Below, one piece after another: positions 63,621 through 64,000 of a stretch of DNA of 64,000 bases; position 1 is the first letter of the stretch, and each line of letters begins with the position of its first letter. Source of the stretch: Phycisphaerae bacterium (lineage in GTDB: Bacteria; Planctomycetota; Phycisphaerae; SM23-33); contig JBAZTO010000005.1 in assembly GCA_041661865.1 (NCBI GenBank), forward strand, positions 28,128 through 92,127, in the 5' to 3' direction. The notes beneath the pieces were generated by a model that did no database searches, was not told the DNA's origin, and worked only from the letters and a program-made list of their open reading frames with translations. The position numbers and the translations under genes are program-made.

Positions 63621-64000
63621 ATGCGACTTTATCTGATCAACCCGAATAACCCGCTGGTCAGCCTGGCCAAGGTCAAGGAAAGCCGGTGGAATCGCTACCG
63701 TATCTGGAAACCTCTGGGGCTTCTGGTGTTGGCGGGTCTGACGCCGTCGGATTGGGAGATCACCGTCATCGATGAAAACCTGCGCGTGCCGGACTACTCG
63801 GCCATGCCTCGCCCGGACCTGGTGGGGATTACCGCCTTCACGTCGCAGGCCAGCCGGGCGTACGAGCTGGCGGAAGAGTTTCGCGGCCGCGGCGTGTGCG
63901 TGGTCATGGGCGGGATTCATGCCACCATGTGCAGCGAGGAAGCCCTGCGCCATGTCGATTTGGTTGTCACGGGCGAGGCCGAGAGCGTCTGGGCACACGT
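63621..64000 (+). CDS. B12-binding-domain radical SAM protein, 3'-truncated at the window edge
   Basis: The N-terminal B12-binding-like domain (LGLLVLAGLTPSDWEITVIDENL...GITAFTSQASRAYELAEEFR...VVMGGIHATM) is typical of class B radical SAM enzymes. The radical SAM core would lie beyond the window. Confidence 0.5.
   Translation, partial: MRLYLINPNNPLVSLAKVKESRWNRYRIWKPLGLLVLAGLTPSDWEITVIDENLRVPDYSAMPRPDLVGITAFTSQASRAYELAEEFRGRGVCVVMGGIHATMCSEEALRHVDLVVTGEAESVWAH

Overview
The window is high-GC (~65%) bacterial chromosome, most likely Planctomycetota: it carries DUF1559 prepilin-like, DUF1570 and DUF1573 proteins, PEP-CTERM and dockerin proteins, and autotransporter-associated beta-strand repeats. 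Gene order is as follows.

- **1-4.4 kb:** an ISC Fe-S cluster operon (iscS partial, iscU, iscA, hscB, hscA).
- **4.5-8.2 kb:** lepA on the minus strand, divergent from an unusual HTH-fused GspE/PilB-type ATPase.
- **8.2-13.5 kb:** a TMTC/PMT-like TPR membrane glycosyltransferase gene flanked by ~90-bp inverted repeats, then a ~1000-aa glycoside hydrolase.
- **13.6-22.2 kb:** a sigma-70 family factor, a porin-like outer membrane protein, lipoproteins, an orphan HicB-like gene, a PEP-CTERM/dockerin protein and a DUF1559 protein.
- **22.3-29.4 kb:** a complete Pho module (pstSCAB on the minus strand, phoB and phoR on the plus strand).
- **29.6-34.1 kb:** a pectate-lyase-like protein and a second PEP-CTERM/dockerin paralog.
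- **34.1-40.3 kb:** an AT-rich 730-bp intergenic region, then a LacI-family regulator, a GH3 beta-glucosidase and an alpha-galactosidase-like gene.
- **40.7-46.1 kb:** a GT-C membrane glycosyltransferase, an orphan rnfC-rnfD pair, a SurA-like PPIase and tRNA-Lys.
- **46.5-60.5 kb:** a cluster of small lipoproteins and stress-type small membrane proteins (Lmo0937 family, DUF3309). It holds three DUF2294 paralogs and tRNA-Pro.
- **60.5-64.0 kb:** cspA, a CsgG-like lipoprotein, a STAS protein and rnhB lie at 51.8-55.4 kb within the previous span; the window ends with a Trp-rich repeat protein, an SDR reductase and a partial B12-radical SAM gene.

The most interesting signal is a ~110-nt structured RNA element present four times (47.15, 50.08, 56.2 and 57.8 kb). 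It shows compensatory base changes in two helices. Copies A, C and D have a promoter-like -10 upstream and an intrinsic terminator; copy B instead runs into the ribosome-binding site of a lipoprotein gene. This fits a candidate riboswitch-like or attenuator RNA family controlling DUF2294 and small envelope-stress genes. No CRISPR array or intact mobile element was seen.
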